Assembly: GCA_002256025.1 (NCBI GenBank)
Contig: NKIB01000071.1
Span: 1 to 35,515 of the forward strand
Origin: Asterionella formosa
Lineage: Eukaryota
Direction: 5' to 3'
Length of the DNA: 35,515 nucleotides
Positions 12,544 to 23,924 of this stretch are shown in pieces. The position numbers and the translations under genes were made by a program. Under the pieces are notes generated by a model. The model made no database searches. It had not been told where the DNA came from and saw only the letters and a program-made list of their open reading frames with translations. The number at the start of each line of letters is the position of its first letter. Position 1 is the stretch's first letter.

Positions 12544-13164
12544 ATGACAAAGACCGAAATTGACGGTGAGCCCAAGCCGGACGATTTGCTTGCTAGTGCC
12601 CGCGCAACAAATGATGCCGATGCTTATGACAATAGTGTAGGTGACGTGCTGGACGCAAGCTTGCAGAAAATGGACGATGAAGCGAACGCTATCATGGATT
12701 CGATTCGAGAAGAACTCTTCACGCCTCCTTCCAACAAGTCAAATCACGACAGGCCCGACGATAACGTCCTTACCGACGATGAGATGCACGATGACTTTGA
12801 GATGGATGATGAGCTGACAAGGCTGAACAAGGTTGTGGCCAGTATCAAGGAAGACCTGGATGCCCAAAGTGTGGCTAGTATGGCAAGCGCAATCTCCGAT
12901 ATTGATGGACCTCCTCCACGTTATCGTTACAGTCAGCGCACTATTGCCATACGAGTGGAAGAAGCCGAGCAGTTCCTTCGAAAGAACAATTTGTATGGTC
13001 CAGGAGTTGGCGGCGAGGATACCAGTATTCCATTATTAGTTTTTACTGTTGCGGTGTGGACCATGTTGCTTCTGTTGGTTCTTCACGTCAAATTCGGGGC
13101 GTTGGATGAAAACGGTAATCTGAACTCACTGCCAGGCATAGTTCAATCTTTTGGATTGTGGTAA
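12544..13164 (+). CDS. Hypothetical acidic coiled-coil protein with C-terminal TM helix
   Basis: 206-aa intact ORF with coding-like composition; TM segment IPLLVFTVAVWTMLLLLVLHV near the C-terminus. Confidence 0.8.
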   Translation: MTKTEIDGEPKPDDLLASARATNDADAYDNSVGDVLDASLQKMDDEANAIMDSIREELFTPPSNKSNHDRPDDNVLTDDEMHDDFEMDDELTRLNKVVASIKEDLDAQSVASMASAISDIDGPPPRYRYSQRTIAIRVEEAEQFLRKNNLYGPGVGGEDTSIPLLVFTVAVWTMLLLLVLHVKFGALDENGNLNSLPGIVQSFGLW

Positions 13165-13337
13165 AAAACCCGTCCGTTCCTGATTGCGCAGTGATGTGTG
13201 ATGGAGATATTGCATGGTAAACTTCTTGTGAATCAAGCTATAGAGTATAGCCCAACACTGTGGAGCTAGTTAAGTTACAATCCCCCCTTCACGTTAGAAA
13301 TGTAGCACATTAGGTTCTCATGTGGTTCAAGGGTCGA

Positions 13338-13964
13338 TTACTTAGGTTTCGTGCCTTCTGGGAGCCACACAGTTGCTTCACCGCTCACGCAGGTGCGCTC
13401 TTTACACGTTACTGAAGTGTCACATGAAACCAACAAGCCTCGCGCAATTTTGACTTGCTTGACTTGTATTCTCCCCACCACTAGATCATTGGCATATATG
13501 GGAGCTCTAAACTGCAAATCTTGACTGCGATAAACGGCACCAGGTATTAAAGTTCCAAAGATGCACGAGAAGAGCGATGACGCTAACATGCCATGTACCA
13601 AGGCTTCAGACTTGTCATCTTGTATCTTTATCAAGCCAGCGTGTTGTAATGTAGGAAAGTCGGATGCATCGTCTCGAGTCATACAAGCGTGCAATGGGTT
13701 CTTATCTCCCACCAAGTCACCAAACCGAGCTACGTCTTCCACAGTAAATATTCGTTCGATCTGAGAAGTTATGATGCATAATATTTAAGTTGGAGCTGCA
13801 GACTGAAATAGCTGTAATTGCACACGCACACTGACCTCTGCATATTGGCCAACCTCGACTCCTTTTCCATACTGTGGCAACGTTCCTCGAATGGGTGGTT
13901 TCGCAGCGTCAGTGAAACGTCTTGTACTGGTACTACCAAAAACGTAAGAAATCGATCGTCGCAT
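13338..13964 (-). CDS. MaoC-like (hot-dog fold) R-hydratase / 3-hydroxyacyl-thioester dehydratase, probably mitochondrial; 2 exons (13964-13836, 13760-13338)
   Basis: Motifs VEVGQYAE|IERIFTVEDVARFGDLVGDKNPLH, LVHGMLASSLFS, QDLQFRAPIY. GT-AG intron at 13835-13761 in phase 0. R/S/T-rich N-terminus MRRSISYVFGSTSTRRF. Confidence 0.9.
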
Positions 13965-14878
13965 CGCAAGAAGGTGCGAGCGATTCCAGTCTTCGCCTCG
14001 TTCTTGATGTGTATAACAGTCGCTTTGTCTTTCCTGAATATAGAAACAAGCCAGCGAAAGGATTTACCTGTAACCGATAGAAGGAGGAGACCGCCGTCGT
14101 ACGATGATACATTGACTAGTTACAATAATCAAGTATAGAAGAAGTCGACATACTACACCTGCAGCTTTGGGAAGTGTTGTGTGTTGTGATACATAGAAGG
14201 ATATCGATGGAATTGTTGACGAGGCATCTGGTAGTTACTGCTACATTCATTTGTAACGGTGTAATAATTCAAATTTGTTGTACCCGTACACATGACGTTC
14301 CTTTAGACAATAAACTGGAGCAAAATTTCCATCAGTCATAAGGACCGCGCCATGTGGATGGAGTTGGAGAGAAACTATTAATTTAGCAACATCTGCTTAA
14401 ATACGACCGCAAATACGATGCTATTGCCCTGGCATCCGAATCCTATCCGTAACGAGAAGTGCTCAATGGGTACGTACCACCGGTATGTTGACCAGCCAGT
14501 GCGATACATACATAAGCAATTTCCTATCGTTGAAATGATTACCAGGACACCGGTATACGAACTACCGGTAGTAGAAGGAATTGGATGCACGGCTGGCTCG
14601 ACCATTGTCGTTACCACGGGATTAAAGCATTCGTGCGTGGAGAATGATGGCAATTTTACAACAAGCACTTCTCGAGGGACGCCTGATCTTATCATCGCCC
14701 CGATTGAGGGACAAAGCTTACTATAGAGTCGTCCGCTAATGGGTACCAGGCACTATATAAAAGCAGCCATCAATATCTGAATCAAGCCAGAACGATGATG
14801 AGACACAACTAAATAGTAAACTTATGAACTGCACAGACTCACCTAACTAAACTGATACTATCAAGCACTATCAACTCT

Positions 14879-16186
14879 ATGCGCCGGTACACGCCTTTCG
14901 ACGGAAGAAATGGTCGGTCCTTGGACGATCAAGATTGGTCATTCTCGTCACTTTCACCCCAGCCTCGACGACGACAACTGCGGCGCCAGTTTCACAATGA
15001 CGCTCATCTTTATGGATATCAATTCATGTCACGACAATGGATCATAGCGCTCAGCGCTTCCGGTATCGTCTTTTGCATTGGGGTGCACCTCTATCTTTTG
15101 CGTGCTTTTTCGGTCAGCCAGTATGCGTTCAAAAATACTTCAGCTAATGCCCTGATAGAAAATGTTGTTCCTCGTTCGTCCCGGCAGCTAACCGAACTAC
15201 GAGAGATTGACCGGAGACAGTACACGATTCGAATCAACACATGGCAACGTTTGGAGCAATTGAAAGCTTCTATCCATCACCATGTCACTTGTCCTGGGGT
15301 GGCTGCCATTCAGGTTGTTTGGTGCAATGAACAAGGAGAACCTCCAGACTTTTTGTATGAGTATGAGTTGGTACATGTCGAACGACATGATGTTAACACA
15401 CTGAATGAGCGATTTCATATTACGGACGAGCCACCGACTCTGGGAATTTTGAGCATGGATGATGATGTTCTGAGATCATGTGAAGCGATAGACGCAGGGT
15501 TCTTCAAGTGGGTACGTAACCCAGATCGAATGGTGGGATTTGACGCTCGATCCCATGTAGTAGACGAGAAAACTGGGGTATGGTCCTATGCGTACTTAAG
15601 TACAACTGACAAGACGAATCGATACAGCTTGACATTGCCGCGATATGCGTTTCTCCATCGTGACTATATGGATCAATATATGACAGAAATGTCTCCACGG
15701 ATATTTCAGATGGTCGCCAAAAATTTCAACTGTGAAGACATTGCGATGAGTTTCTTTGTATCATCCTTGACAAATGGGAAACCACCCTTATTAGCAGACT
15801 ATTGGGCGATGAAGAGCATGGTGAAGCTTTATTCTGAAAAGAAAATTAGTGGATCAGGTGTTCACAAAGCTCTTCGAGACGAGTGTGTGGAGACTTTTGC
15901 TCAGTTACTTGACCTGAAGACAAGGCTCAAGGCCAACAAATTAGTTCATGAAAAGCATGTCATGTTTGAATGTGGTGCCGACGACAAGGAGGAGCGTAAT
16001 GTACATGCAGCAAGTGAACGCCAAGATGCACTCTATGCCAAGGTATCGGGCTGGAAGAAGATATCGCCAAAAGAACTCATGAAGGAGTTAGGCATAATGA
16101 AAAAAGCAATTGGCAAGAAAGCCTATGAAATGGGATTGATAGAGCACAGCAAGCCTTGGGTAGAACGATGGAAGGACAAACATTAG
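14879..16186 (+). CDS. Glycosyltransferase family 64 (EXTL2/EPC1-like alpha-1,4-N-acetylhexosaminyltransferase), type II membrane protein
   Basis: N-terminal TM; YTIRINTW, IQVVW, NTLNERF, ILSMDDD, PDRMVGFDARSH, AFLHRDY, FNCEDIAMSF, R-EC motifs. Confidence 0.92.
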   Translation: MRRYTPFDGRNGRSLDDQDWSFSSLSPQPRRRQLRRQFHNDAHLYGYQFMSRQWIIALSASGIVFCIGVHLYLLRAFSVSQYAFKNTSANALIENVVPRSSRQLTELREIDRRQYTIRINTWQRLEQLKASIHHHVTCPGVAAIQVVWCNEQGEPPDFLYEYELVHVERHDVNTLNERFHITDEPPTLGILSMDDDVLRSCEAIDAGFFKWVRNPDRMVGFDARSHVVDEKTGVWSYAYLSTTDKTNRYSLTLPRYAFLHRDYMDQYMTEMSPRIFQMVAKNFNCEDIAMSFFVSSLTNGKPPLLADYWAMKSMVKLYSEKKISGSGVHKALRDECVETFAQLLDLKTRLKANKLVHEKHVMFECGADDKEERNVHAASERQDALYAKVSGWKKISPKELMKELGIMKKAIGKKAYEMGLIEHSKPWVERWKDKH

Positions 16187-16339
16187 CTTCTTAATAAGTG
16201 ATACAAACTAGATAACACGGCTACTACACTATGCAGAATAGTGATGATACTGCCTACCTTTCCTGAAAACAAATAAAATGGTTGGGTGGAGGCGCAACAA
16301 TAGGTGCCCCTCCCCTCTCGCTCCCTGTCTGCTGTTACT

Positions 16340-17174
16340 TCAGACGATTCGTCGGACATTCTGTAGTCTTTGAAAAACTCCGTGAAGCGATACACATTCC
16401 GCAGAAAACAAGTCTCCATTTCCTACTCGGTCTCCATGAGCTAATGCTTCCGGAAAATGTGCATAAAAGCAGCATTCAATCCAGACTCCATGTGATACTA
16501 CCACCACATTTGTTTCGGGTCGCCGTACGATCCATTCCAGAAACTGATTAACTCGATTGACAACATCATGGATACTTTCTCGTTCAACTAGTTTCCAAGC
16601 CTCGTCTTCTTCTGTTATACTTGGATCAAAGTGAATTGTTGGCCACCTGGCAACTAACAGTGACTTTTGACGTCGTCTGTCAGGATATGACATTCCGTAC
16701 GCTTCTCTGACTAAATCCATACATGCAAAGTTGGGCTCAGGGTTTTCTCTGCTGTATTGATCGCCGGGCAAAAATGCCAAACAAGTCGTCTGCAGACACC
16801 TGGTTAACGGGGAAGAAACCACCAATTCGATCTGTTCTCCGGTTTGGGTGGTATGCCACCAAATCCGAAGCTTTTCCCCCGCGTCGAGGGCTTGTTTCTT
16901 TCCTTCCAATGTCAGTGGTGGATCAAACAGATTTGGATCGTTCAATTTTGGTGGATTTCCTTGGTCGTCCAGTAAATTGTGCCTCGCTACTCCATGTCTG
17001 ACAAAGACAATTCTGTGCGTGCATAATATATGAGATGGGTTCTGAGAAGCACAAGCAAATTTAAATATGGGACACGAAGGGACGATGTTCCACCTATAAG
17101 GTACAGGAGACAAATATGTAACAGAAGGCAAGTTCTTACGTTTGAACGTTAAGCGCAGGTAACGCATTCTGCAT
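16340..17174 (-). CDS. Histidine phosphatase superfamily (phosphoglycerate mutase-like) protein; likely intron 17139-17013
   Basis: FVRHGVARHN, DPPLTLEG, VVSSPLTRCLQT, ES..V.R, VVVVSHG. A GTAAGA...CACAG intron gives MQNALPALNVQT-IVFVRHG. The exact start is uncertain. Confidence 0.9.
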
Positions 17175-17404
17175 ATCAATGGCTTCTATATTGTCGGATT
17201 AAATGTCAAGTAAGGCGTGTGGGTATGGATGCAAGGGTGTGGCACAAGGGTGGAATAATAATGAACTAGGCAAGCAGTACCGGTACTGATATTCAGGAGA
17301 CGCCGAATGCTGTTGCTTGAAGTCATTTATCAACATTCTTTTTGTAATTTTTCTGCAAGTTCTCAAGGCGGAAACATAACATAGGTCCTCCTTATTATGT
17401 ACAG

Positions 17405-17660
17405 ACAGCTACCGGTATTTACCTTGTACCAGGTACACCTGGTACCAGGATGATGAACATCATACGGGTATCCATCTCGCTGAGGATACTGCTATGATAC
17501 CAGTTTCTTATGCTGAATGTATACCGGTAGTCTAGTCTGCTATTATTTTATAAATTCTACCTGTATTTAATAGCCAACAATACCGATGGTAATCTGTGCG
17601 TATCACACCTTAAAATCCGGACAGATCACTTACCGGTATCAGGTATCAGGTACCAGGTAC
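17405..17660. repeat. GGTACC/ACCGGT-rich tract in a divergent promoter region
   Basis: Repeated taccggta and taccaggtacacctggtaccagg motifs between the divergent 17174(-) and 17739(+) genes. Confidence 0.6.
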
Positions 17661-17738
17661 TTACAATGAAGCGCGTAATGATAGTTGGGTCTATCGCAAC
17701 CGCATCCAATGGATTGCTTCCCAAAGAAAAGTGCTCCA

Positions 17739-18506
17739 ATGAAGATGTTGCCGCTCTTGTTGATAATATGGATAAGCTCCCTTGCCAGTCTATTAGAGGC
17801 ATTTTCTGTTATTGGCAAATCAGAGGAATCAAAGGTAGTACTGAGTATCGATCCATCGTGCCGACGAAAAGTCGTTGCGAGGCTTGTCGGCTCACTGGCG
17901 ATCAGTGGGGGGATTGCTGTGATGGCACCAGCTATATCACACGCCGCTTGTCTAATGGGAGATACATCAGAGGACTGCATTGGAATTTACAAGATGCCAT
18001 TGGATGATGAAGTCTTGCCTTACGTGGACACTGCTGAGAAGCTCAATAAGTTTGCACCTGGGATCAGGTGGGTTCCTCCAGTGGAGTACCCCAAGAGCTA
18101 TCGTGATGCAAGAACAGAAATGCTATCATTGAGAGATTCTGCATCTAATTTGAAAGAAATTGTTATCAAGGGACTTTTTGTTGATGCTGGATCTAGACTC
18201 TTGTCGCTCATTCCTAGAGTCACTGTTGCAGGTCGAGTCATGATTCAAACTCTGGAAGCAACCAAGGGGACTAACGAGGATCTATCCATGCGAGCCTTGC
18301 GACTAGAAGCCGCACATACAGAACTTCTAGGCAAGCTAGGTCAGTGTGATATCATTGTTGGTCAAGCATTGAGTGGACAACTTGGATCTACCACCTTCGC
18401 TCAAATACAAATTCTTGGAGAATTACAAGAGGCCGATGTTCTCTTTGATGAGCTTATTAGAGCAATTCCTGACTCATATTCTGGACAGGAGGGAAAATAT
18501 AGATGA
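17739..18506 (+). CDS. Nucleus-encoded thylakoid lumen protein (unknown function)
   Basis: Signal peptide MKMLPLLLIIWISSLASLLEA-FSV (ASAFAP-type cleavage), short transit peptide, twin-Arg RRKVV, hydrophobic stretch and SHA-A cleavage site. Mature part begins ACLMGDTSEDCIGIYK and looks helical. Confidence 0.82.
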   Translation: MKMLPLLLIIWISSLASLLEAFSVIGKSEESKVVLSIDPSCRRKVVARLVGSLAISGGIAVMAPAISHAACLMGDTSEDCIGIYKMPLDDEVLPYVDTAEKLNKFAPGIRWVPPVEYPKSYRDARTEMLSLRDSASNLKEIVIKGLFVDAGSRLLSLIPRVTVAGRVMIQTLEATKGTNEDLSMRALRLEAAHTELLGKLGQCDIIVGQALSGQLGSTTFAQIQILGELQEADVLFDELIRAIPDSYSGQEGKYR

Positions 18507-18754
18507 CAATACCTGCATTGAAATAGAGGAAAACTTAGGTGTGTAAATCACAAATGAATGTTGCAGTAGTACATAGGTGGCACCCTCATATACACACTGA
18601 TGGTATATAATCTTTAGACTATCTATACTGGAACTACACAAATATGCTAGTACCCGATAATCCAGAGTACTGGTGATAAAATATATGGAATCCAATGAAT
18701 CGAGAATCAATATTCTTAGTAGTGATTAGAAACCAAGACCCAAAAACATCTCGT

Positions 18755-18936
18755 CATTTATTAACAAATGACTGGAGATGTTTACTTATTGACAAATGAC
18801 TGGACTGGAGATGTTTACTTATTGACAAATGACTGGAGATGTTACTTATTGACAAGTGAATCAGATGCTCACTTATTGTCAAAAGAATAAGTGCTGCTCA
18901 CTTATTGTCAAATGAATATGCTTACTTATTGTCAAA
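18755..18936. repeat. Minisatellite, 7 copies of a ~24-33-bp unit with core ACTTATTG(A/T)CAA
   Basis: Cores at ~18756, 18784, 18817, 18844, 18871, 18900 and 18924. Confidence 0.9.
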
Positions 18937-19757
18937 GTAAGCAAGATCATTTTGACGGGATCAAGGAAAGTGTGAGAAGTCTTGTTCGGGATTACATGAG
19001 TAATCAGGCAAGAACAAGACTAGATAGACTATTAACAGAAAGCTCACAATATTACAAAGTGTAAAGTGAAAATACGTTTTCAGCTTTAGAGATCTTAAAA
19101 GTAAGATCTGTGATATTTCAACTAGACAATTTAACATACTGGTACCAGGGTATTCAACATGATTTGTTCACATATAAATGTGTACGATATGAGAGTTCCA
19201 CGGTGAAATAGATCTCCTGAAAATGAGTGCTGCCAGGGTACCATATTACCGGCATTTAGCATTTTGCAAACATCACCACATGGTCCCTATATTTATAAAT
19301 TATTCCAGCATCCTTTTAAATAGATTTGGTTGTGTGTTGACATCTAAGGAAGATTTCAGTTTTGCTAATACAAGCAATCATTGGCTGGCTGTCACATTTC
19401 TTGCTAATAAAACTTACTCATTGATCGAAACTATTTTATGGAACCAGTTTGGATCTGAGTTAGACTTGAATACCGGAATATATGTATACAATTCATATTT
19501 CACCATGCAAATATTGTAGATAACAAGTATGTAAGAATAATAATTCAAATTATGCTTCATGAATTTTTGGGCTTTCAAAATTCATCAGAAATGACGTGTG
19601 ACATCATTACAGGCAAAGCACAACACAATCCTCTTTGGAAAAAGATCGACTGCAAGCACAACATCGGTAAAATGTTCAGAGGAAGAGAAGATCAATGCTG
19701 TCTCAGACAACCTGTCCATGATCCTTGCACCACACAAGTAAAGCGTCTAAGAATACC

Positions 19758-21671
19758 ATGGGCGCTGCTATTCCAGTCATTCGTATTCTCATACTCGGGT
19801 GCTTCTTTCGGTGCTATGCAAACGTAAGTGTACGCCTGCCACATTTGCCGAGGCGTACAACCCCCATTTCAGCCCATGGAGTGGGTGCTCGCCTGAAGAG
19901 TGGGGCTATGAGTGACGACGATGAAGATCAATCAAATATCGAAATGCAGCTTCCAAAATGGAATAACCCAGCGGAAGGAATCAAGGAAACTGCTTCACGG
20001 ATTTTGAAATTAGCAAGTACTCCCTTTTACTTTTTGGGTTCTGCAGCAGCGATTAGTGGAATCCTCCGGAGCCAAGAGACTGTACGAAGATGCTTTTATT
20101 TCTGGTCAAATGCAGGTCCAATCGTCGCTCATTACAAAATAGCGCAATTCGTTATGGACCATGTCACGAAACCGGAGAAAGAATATCGAGATAAGGTCTA
20201 TGAACGTCTACACGACAAATATTCTCAACCCTCGCTCTCTATTACTCTTCACCTAAAGGGGCTTTATGTAAAGATTGCTCAAGTACTTTCAATGAGACCT
20301 GACTTTGTACCTCGCCAATACGTAGAACTTTTCTCCACAGTGCAAGATTCTGTTCCACAATGGCCGTACGAGGAAGTCGAAAGGTTAATACGACAATTGT
20401 TAATTGACGAACTAGGACTCAGGTGGGACGATGTGTTTGAAGAGATCGATCATGATGCATTGGGATCTGCTTCTATTGGGCAATGCCATAAAGCTGTCTT
20501 GAAGGTTCCTTGGGATGAAGCAGGTGATTATCAAGGGGGAAGAGTCGTGGCAGTGAAAGTAATGCACCCTGGAGCCGAGAACCGCTTCTATAATGACTTC
20601 CAAGTATTTCGATGGCTGTGCCGAATCGCACTTCCCGGATGGAAACCAATTTTGGACGAGTTGAATCGTCAGTTCATGACTGAGTTTGACTATGTTAACG
20701 AAGCGAATAGCCTGCACGAAGTGAGACGAAATATGGCGGCATCGCCGTTCGCCAAATTTGTAACAGTGCCACAGCCACTCCGTTCACTGTGCTGCAAGCA
20801 TTTGCTTGTCATGGAAATGCTACACGGGAAGAAACTTTCAGATGATATGGAGGAGAGATTGGCATCTGCAATAGGTGGCGATAGACAAGCTGCTAGGCAC
20901 TTTCTTCAGAACAAGCGAGATGGTGAGATACTAATTTGTGCAATTGATTACGTTTTGCACGACAATCAACCAGATTAAACCCTCACCCCTTGCTTCCATA
21001 TGACAGAGTTCGTGTTAGGTAAGAGAAATACCAATGCGTTCATTCTCCCAAATGGTAATTCTCTCGTCCGTCGCGCGAAGATGACCCTACAACTTTGCTC
21101 GCTTTCTTGGCATGTTCGCCGATGCGTCGATATTTTGATCGATGTTCATGGATATCAAATTCTCCATGATGGCGTATTCAATGGCGATCCACACGGTGGA
21201 AATATCTTGCAACTGACTACCGGAAAAATAGGCCTCATTGACTACGGACAAACTCGACGACTAAACGATAACGAGCGGTTGGCCATTGCAAGAATAGTGG
21301 TGGAACTAAGCAAGGAATCTATGGACGAGCATCGGGTTGCCGACACAATGCGGGAATTTGGATTTAAAACCAAATACAACAACGACGAAATCATGGCTAA
21401 ATATGCCAAGCTCTTCTTTGACAGTGATACAGAAAGGGTGACGATGGGATGCCCAACACCTCAATTGTACTTGCTGAAGCTGTCAAAGATGGATCCTCTT
21501 CTGGACGTTCCAGATGCTGCGGTCTTTGTTGCTAGAGCAAGCTACATGTTCCGCGGAATGGGTTCCATGATCAATGAGCAAGTATTAACTGCTCAAAGGT
21601 GGGCGAAGTTTGCCAAAACAGCTTTGTCAGAGACTGACAAGATTTTCGAATTGGACAGGTCGAAATTGTAA
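19758..21671 (+). CDS. ABC1/UbiB (ADCK/aarF) atypical kinase; intron 20923-21006
   Basis: LKGLYVKIAQVLSMRPD, LGSASIGQCH, VAVKVMHPG, EFDYVNEA, LLVMEMLHG, FNGDPHGGNIL, IGLIDYGQ. A GTGAGA...GACAG intron joins the two ORFs in frame. The 5' end is uncertain. Confidence 0.93.
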
Positions 21672-21732
21672 ATGTTGCTTTTCTTATAAGTTAGCACATT
21701 GTTTTTTATATACAGTTCGATGTCAGCTTGCC

Positions 21733-23727
21733 TCAGACATGGTTTGGTTTGATCATTTCGTAACCACTGCGGATAGAACTGTGATGCCTATGTAAACGGT
21801 ACACCCAGAACAACCCCAAGCAAGGCAACAGCAAAATGGCACTTATATAGCCAGTAAAGATAACGCTGTGAGTGGTCGGAATAGAGTTGGGACGATATTG
21901 CCAAGGTAAAGTGTTGATTTCATATAACATTGCTCCCACAGCCCAACCAACTTTTTGGCCATTCACAATTTCTGTAGAAGTGACATAATCGTCTAATTCG
22001 AACCCATAGCCATTGTGTAGGATTTGAAAGGCATAAGCTGAGCGGAAGCAATAAGTCGCGATATCCTCAGCTTCGTCAATTCTATTACCGGCAAGGTTTG
22101 TAACCTGATCTAGGCTCATTTCACAGTAAGTGCGTGCAGCAGTTTGGACATCACGAAGCGAGGAACGAGCTGGGAGGTCCAGAAATTGCCAGACGTCAAA
22201 ATAGTTGGAGAACGCAAGGAATTCACCAAATCGCTCCGACTGCTGGGGAAGATCTGGCTGATACACACCGGCGAAGGAGCAGTCTCCACGATGGGAGAAC
22301 TCGCACCACTGGTTTTGCCCTTTATGAAGCAGCTGACGGGCAAGCTCGTTACACTTGTCGAAGTCTCCCTTTGCATTGTCATTCCTTAGGATCGCATTAC
22401 GGTAACCGTACTCGGACGAGTTTTCTAACCCAGATGTTTCGTCATCGCTGTAATTTGCCCACGTCTCATAACCATCCGACTTTATATGAATTTCAGAGCG
22501 CATCTTCCTGACAGTTCCACCTGGAAGGCAGGGGTGGTTGATACCATCAACAAGTCGCTGAGACCAGTCCTTCCCAGTAATGAGAGCCGCCTCGAGGCGG
22601 GCCTGAGCTTCGTTGATACCGTAAAAGAGAAATGAGTGGGCGTACAGGTTCCAATGTTTACCCTGTCCAATCTGAAGCTTGAAAAGGTCAGCCATTATGT
22701 CTCCATTGGGTTCGTAGAAGCTAATCTGGGTACTTGCTCCTCCCATATCAAGGGCACCGTAAGTCAACCTTGGTTCATTAACAGTACCAACACCTTCACT
22801 ATCCTCAATAAGGGTACCAAGCAAGAAATTGACACCAGTCCAGCCATATATGGCTTCTTCCTCCCCACTAAGGACTCGAGCTTGTTCATCTTCGAATTGA
22901 AAAGGACAAAAAGTGTTGTTGGAAAAAAGATTTCGAACAACGTTGATAACTCTCGCTCTATCCAATGGAGTAAGTATACGCATACCAGCAGTAGCGCGGA
23001 AGTAAACAGGAAAAGATCCGAAATTGCTTTCTTTCGTGTGCAACACTGTCCTGACAAAGTCCATGAACGGTTCAAGATATGAAGCAATGCCGTTCAAGAG
23101 CTGATCGTCGGGCAACTCAGCGAAAGTTGCAATCCCCGGACGAATTCGATCTGTCCAACGAGAGTCAGTTCCTGGATAACTGAGCTTGCCTCCTGAGACT
23201 GCGTCCTCTACCTCTTTTTCACTGTGGAGAATTCGAGGGTTCCATTCATACAGGTGAAGACGTGTTCCTGTGCTTCCTGCATCAATCTTAAGAAAAAAGG
23301 AGAAAAAATAACGCACAAGATTGGATTTGATCAAACAAATGACAATTATAAGGGCTTCTCGCGTTGCTTTTCTTACCATCATCCCATGGACAGTCGATTC
23401 TTTAATACCCGAGTGGTCGTACATATCCTTCATATTCTTCTTTCGCTTCTCAAGTTTCTTGGAAGCTTTCTCGGCCTGTTTGGCCTTGTATTCCAACTCT
23501 TGTTCCATATACTCGTTGTCAAGCTCCTTATTCAGTTGGTATATCTCGTTTCTACGGTCATCGTCCTCTTTCGTGCTGCCATCTTGGTGATGATGGTGTT
23601 TCAAGTGCCGATGGCTGGTGCTTTGGTGCCCTTGGCCAATTGATTCGCCCAGGCGTACCGAATATTCTTCCCAGGATTCCCTAGCCTCGAGAGGGTGCCG
23701 TTGAATCGATCGAAGTTTTGTTTCCAT
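21733..23727 (-). CDS. GDA1/CD39 family nucleoside phosphatase (apyrase/NTPDase) with C-terminal TM; in-frame 90-bp intron 23376-23287
   Basis: All five apyrase conserved regions: IDAGSTGTR, ATAGMR, LSGEEEAIYGW, DMGGASTQ, GWAVGAML. Removing GTAAGA...TTCTTAAG restores HGMM-IDAGSTG. Confidence 0.95.
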   Translation of the reverse strand: METKLRSIQRHPLEARESWEEYSVRLGESIGQGHQSTSHRHLKHHHHQDGSTKEDDDRRNEIYQLNKELDNEYMEQELEYKAKQAEKASKKLEKRKKNMKDMYDHSGIKESTVHGMMVRKATREALIIVICLIKSNLVRYFFSFFLKIDAGSTGTRLHLYEWNPRILHSEKEVEDAVSGGKLSYPGTDSRWTDRIRPGIATFAELPDDQLLNGIASYLEPFMDFVRTVLHTKESNFGSFPVYFRATAGMRILTPLDRARVINVVRNLFSNNTFCPFQFEDEQARVLSGEEEAIYGWTGVNFLLGTLIEDSEGVGTVNEPRLTYGALDMGGASTQISFYEPNGDIMADLFKLQIGQGKHWNLYAHSFLFYGINEAQARLEAALITGKDWSQRLVDGINHPCLPGGTVRKMRSEIHIKSDGYETWANYSDDETSGLENSSEYGYRNAILRNDNAKGDFDKCNELARQLLHKGQNQWCEFSHRGDCSFAGVYQPDLPQQSERFGEFLAFSNYFDVWQFLDLPARSSLRDVQTAARTYCEMSLDQVTNLAGNRIDEAEDIATYCFRSAYAFQILHNGYGFELDDYVTSTEIVNGQKVGWAVGAMLYEINTLPWQYRPNSIPTTHSVIFTGYISAILLLPCLGLFWVYRLHRHHSSIRSGYEMIKPNHV

Positions 23728-23924
23728 GGTGATTTATCTCTTGTTGAGTTGTGAAAGGACGAGTGAGTGAAACGACGAATGAAAGAAGAAGAAGACAAGT
23801 TTTGTGGTCCATGCGCATACGAACTGACGTTACTTTATATGTATGGTATTTAAATGCTGGAGGAAATATTACGTAAGATAGGGTCTTGTAGAGCATTTTG
23901 TACATGCGTACATGCATTCTGGTG

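Noticed and set aside
18755..18936. CRISPR-like array
   Set aside because: Intervening sequences are short and related to each other rather than unique spacers; eukaryotic context; no cas genes.
23287..23376. Hydrophobic insertion or TM segment in the apyrase before ACR1
   Set aside because: It is an in-frame 90-bp GT-AG intron with a pyrimidine tract.
7938..23727. Functional (biosynthetic) gene cluster
   Set aside because: Predicted products target different compartments and unrelated pathways. GT64 plus apyrase could both act in the Golgi, but that alone is weak.
23681..23820. Signal-peptide-like upstream frame (MDHKTCLLLLSFVVSL) for the apyrase
   Set aside because: Different frame, with a stop at 23681 and no convincing splice to join it. 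The Leu run derives from a CTT microsatellite in the probable 5'UTR.
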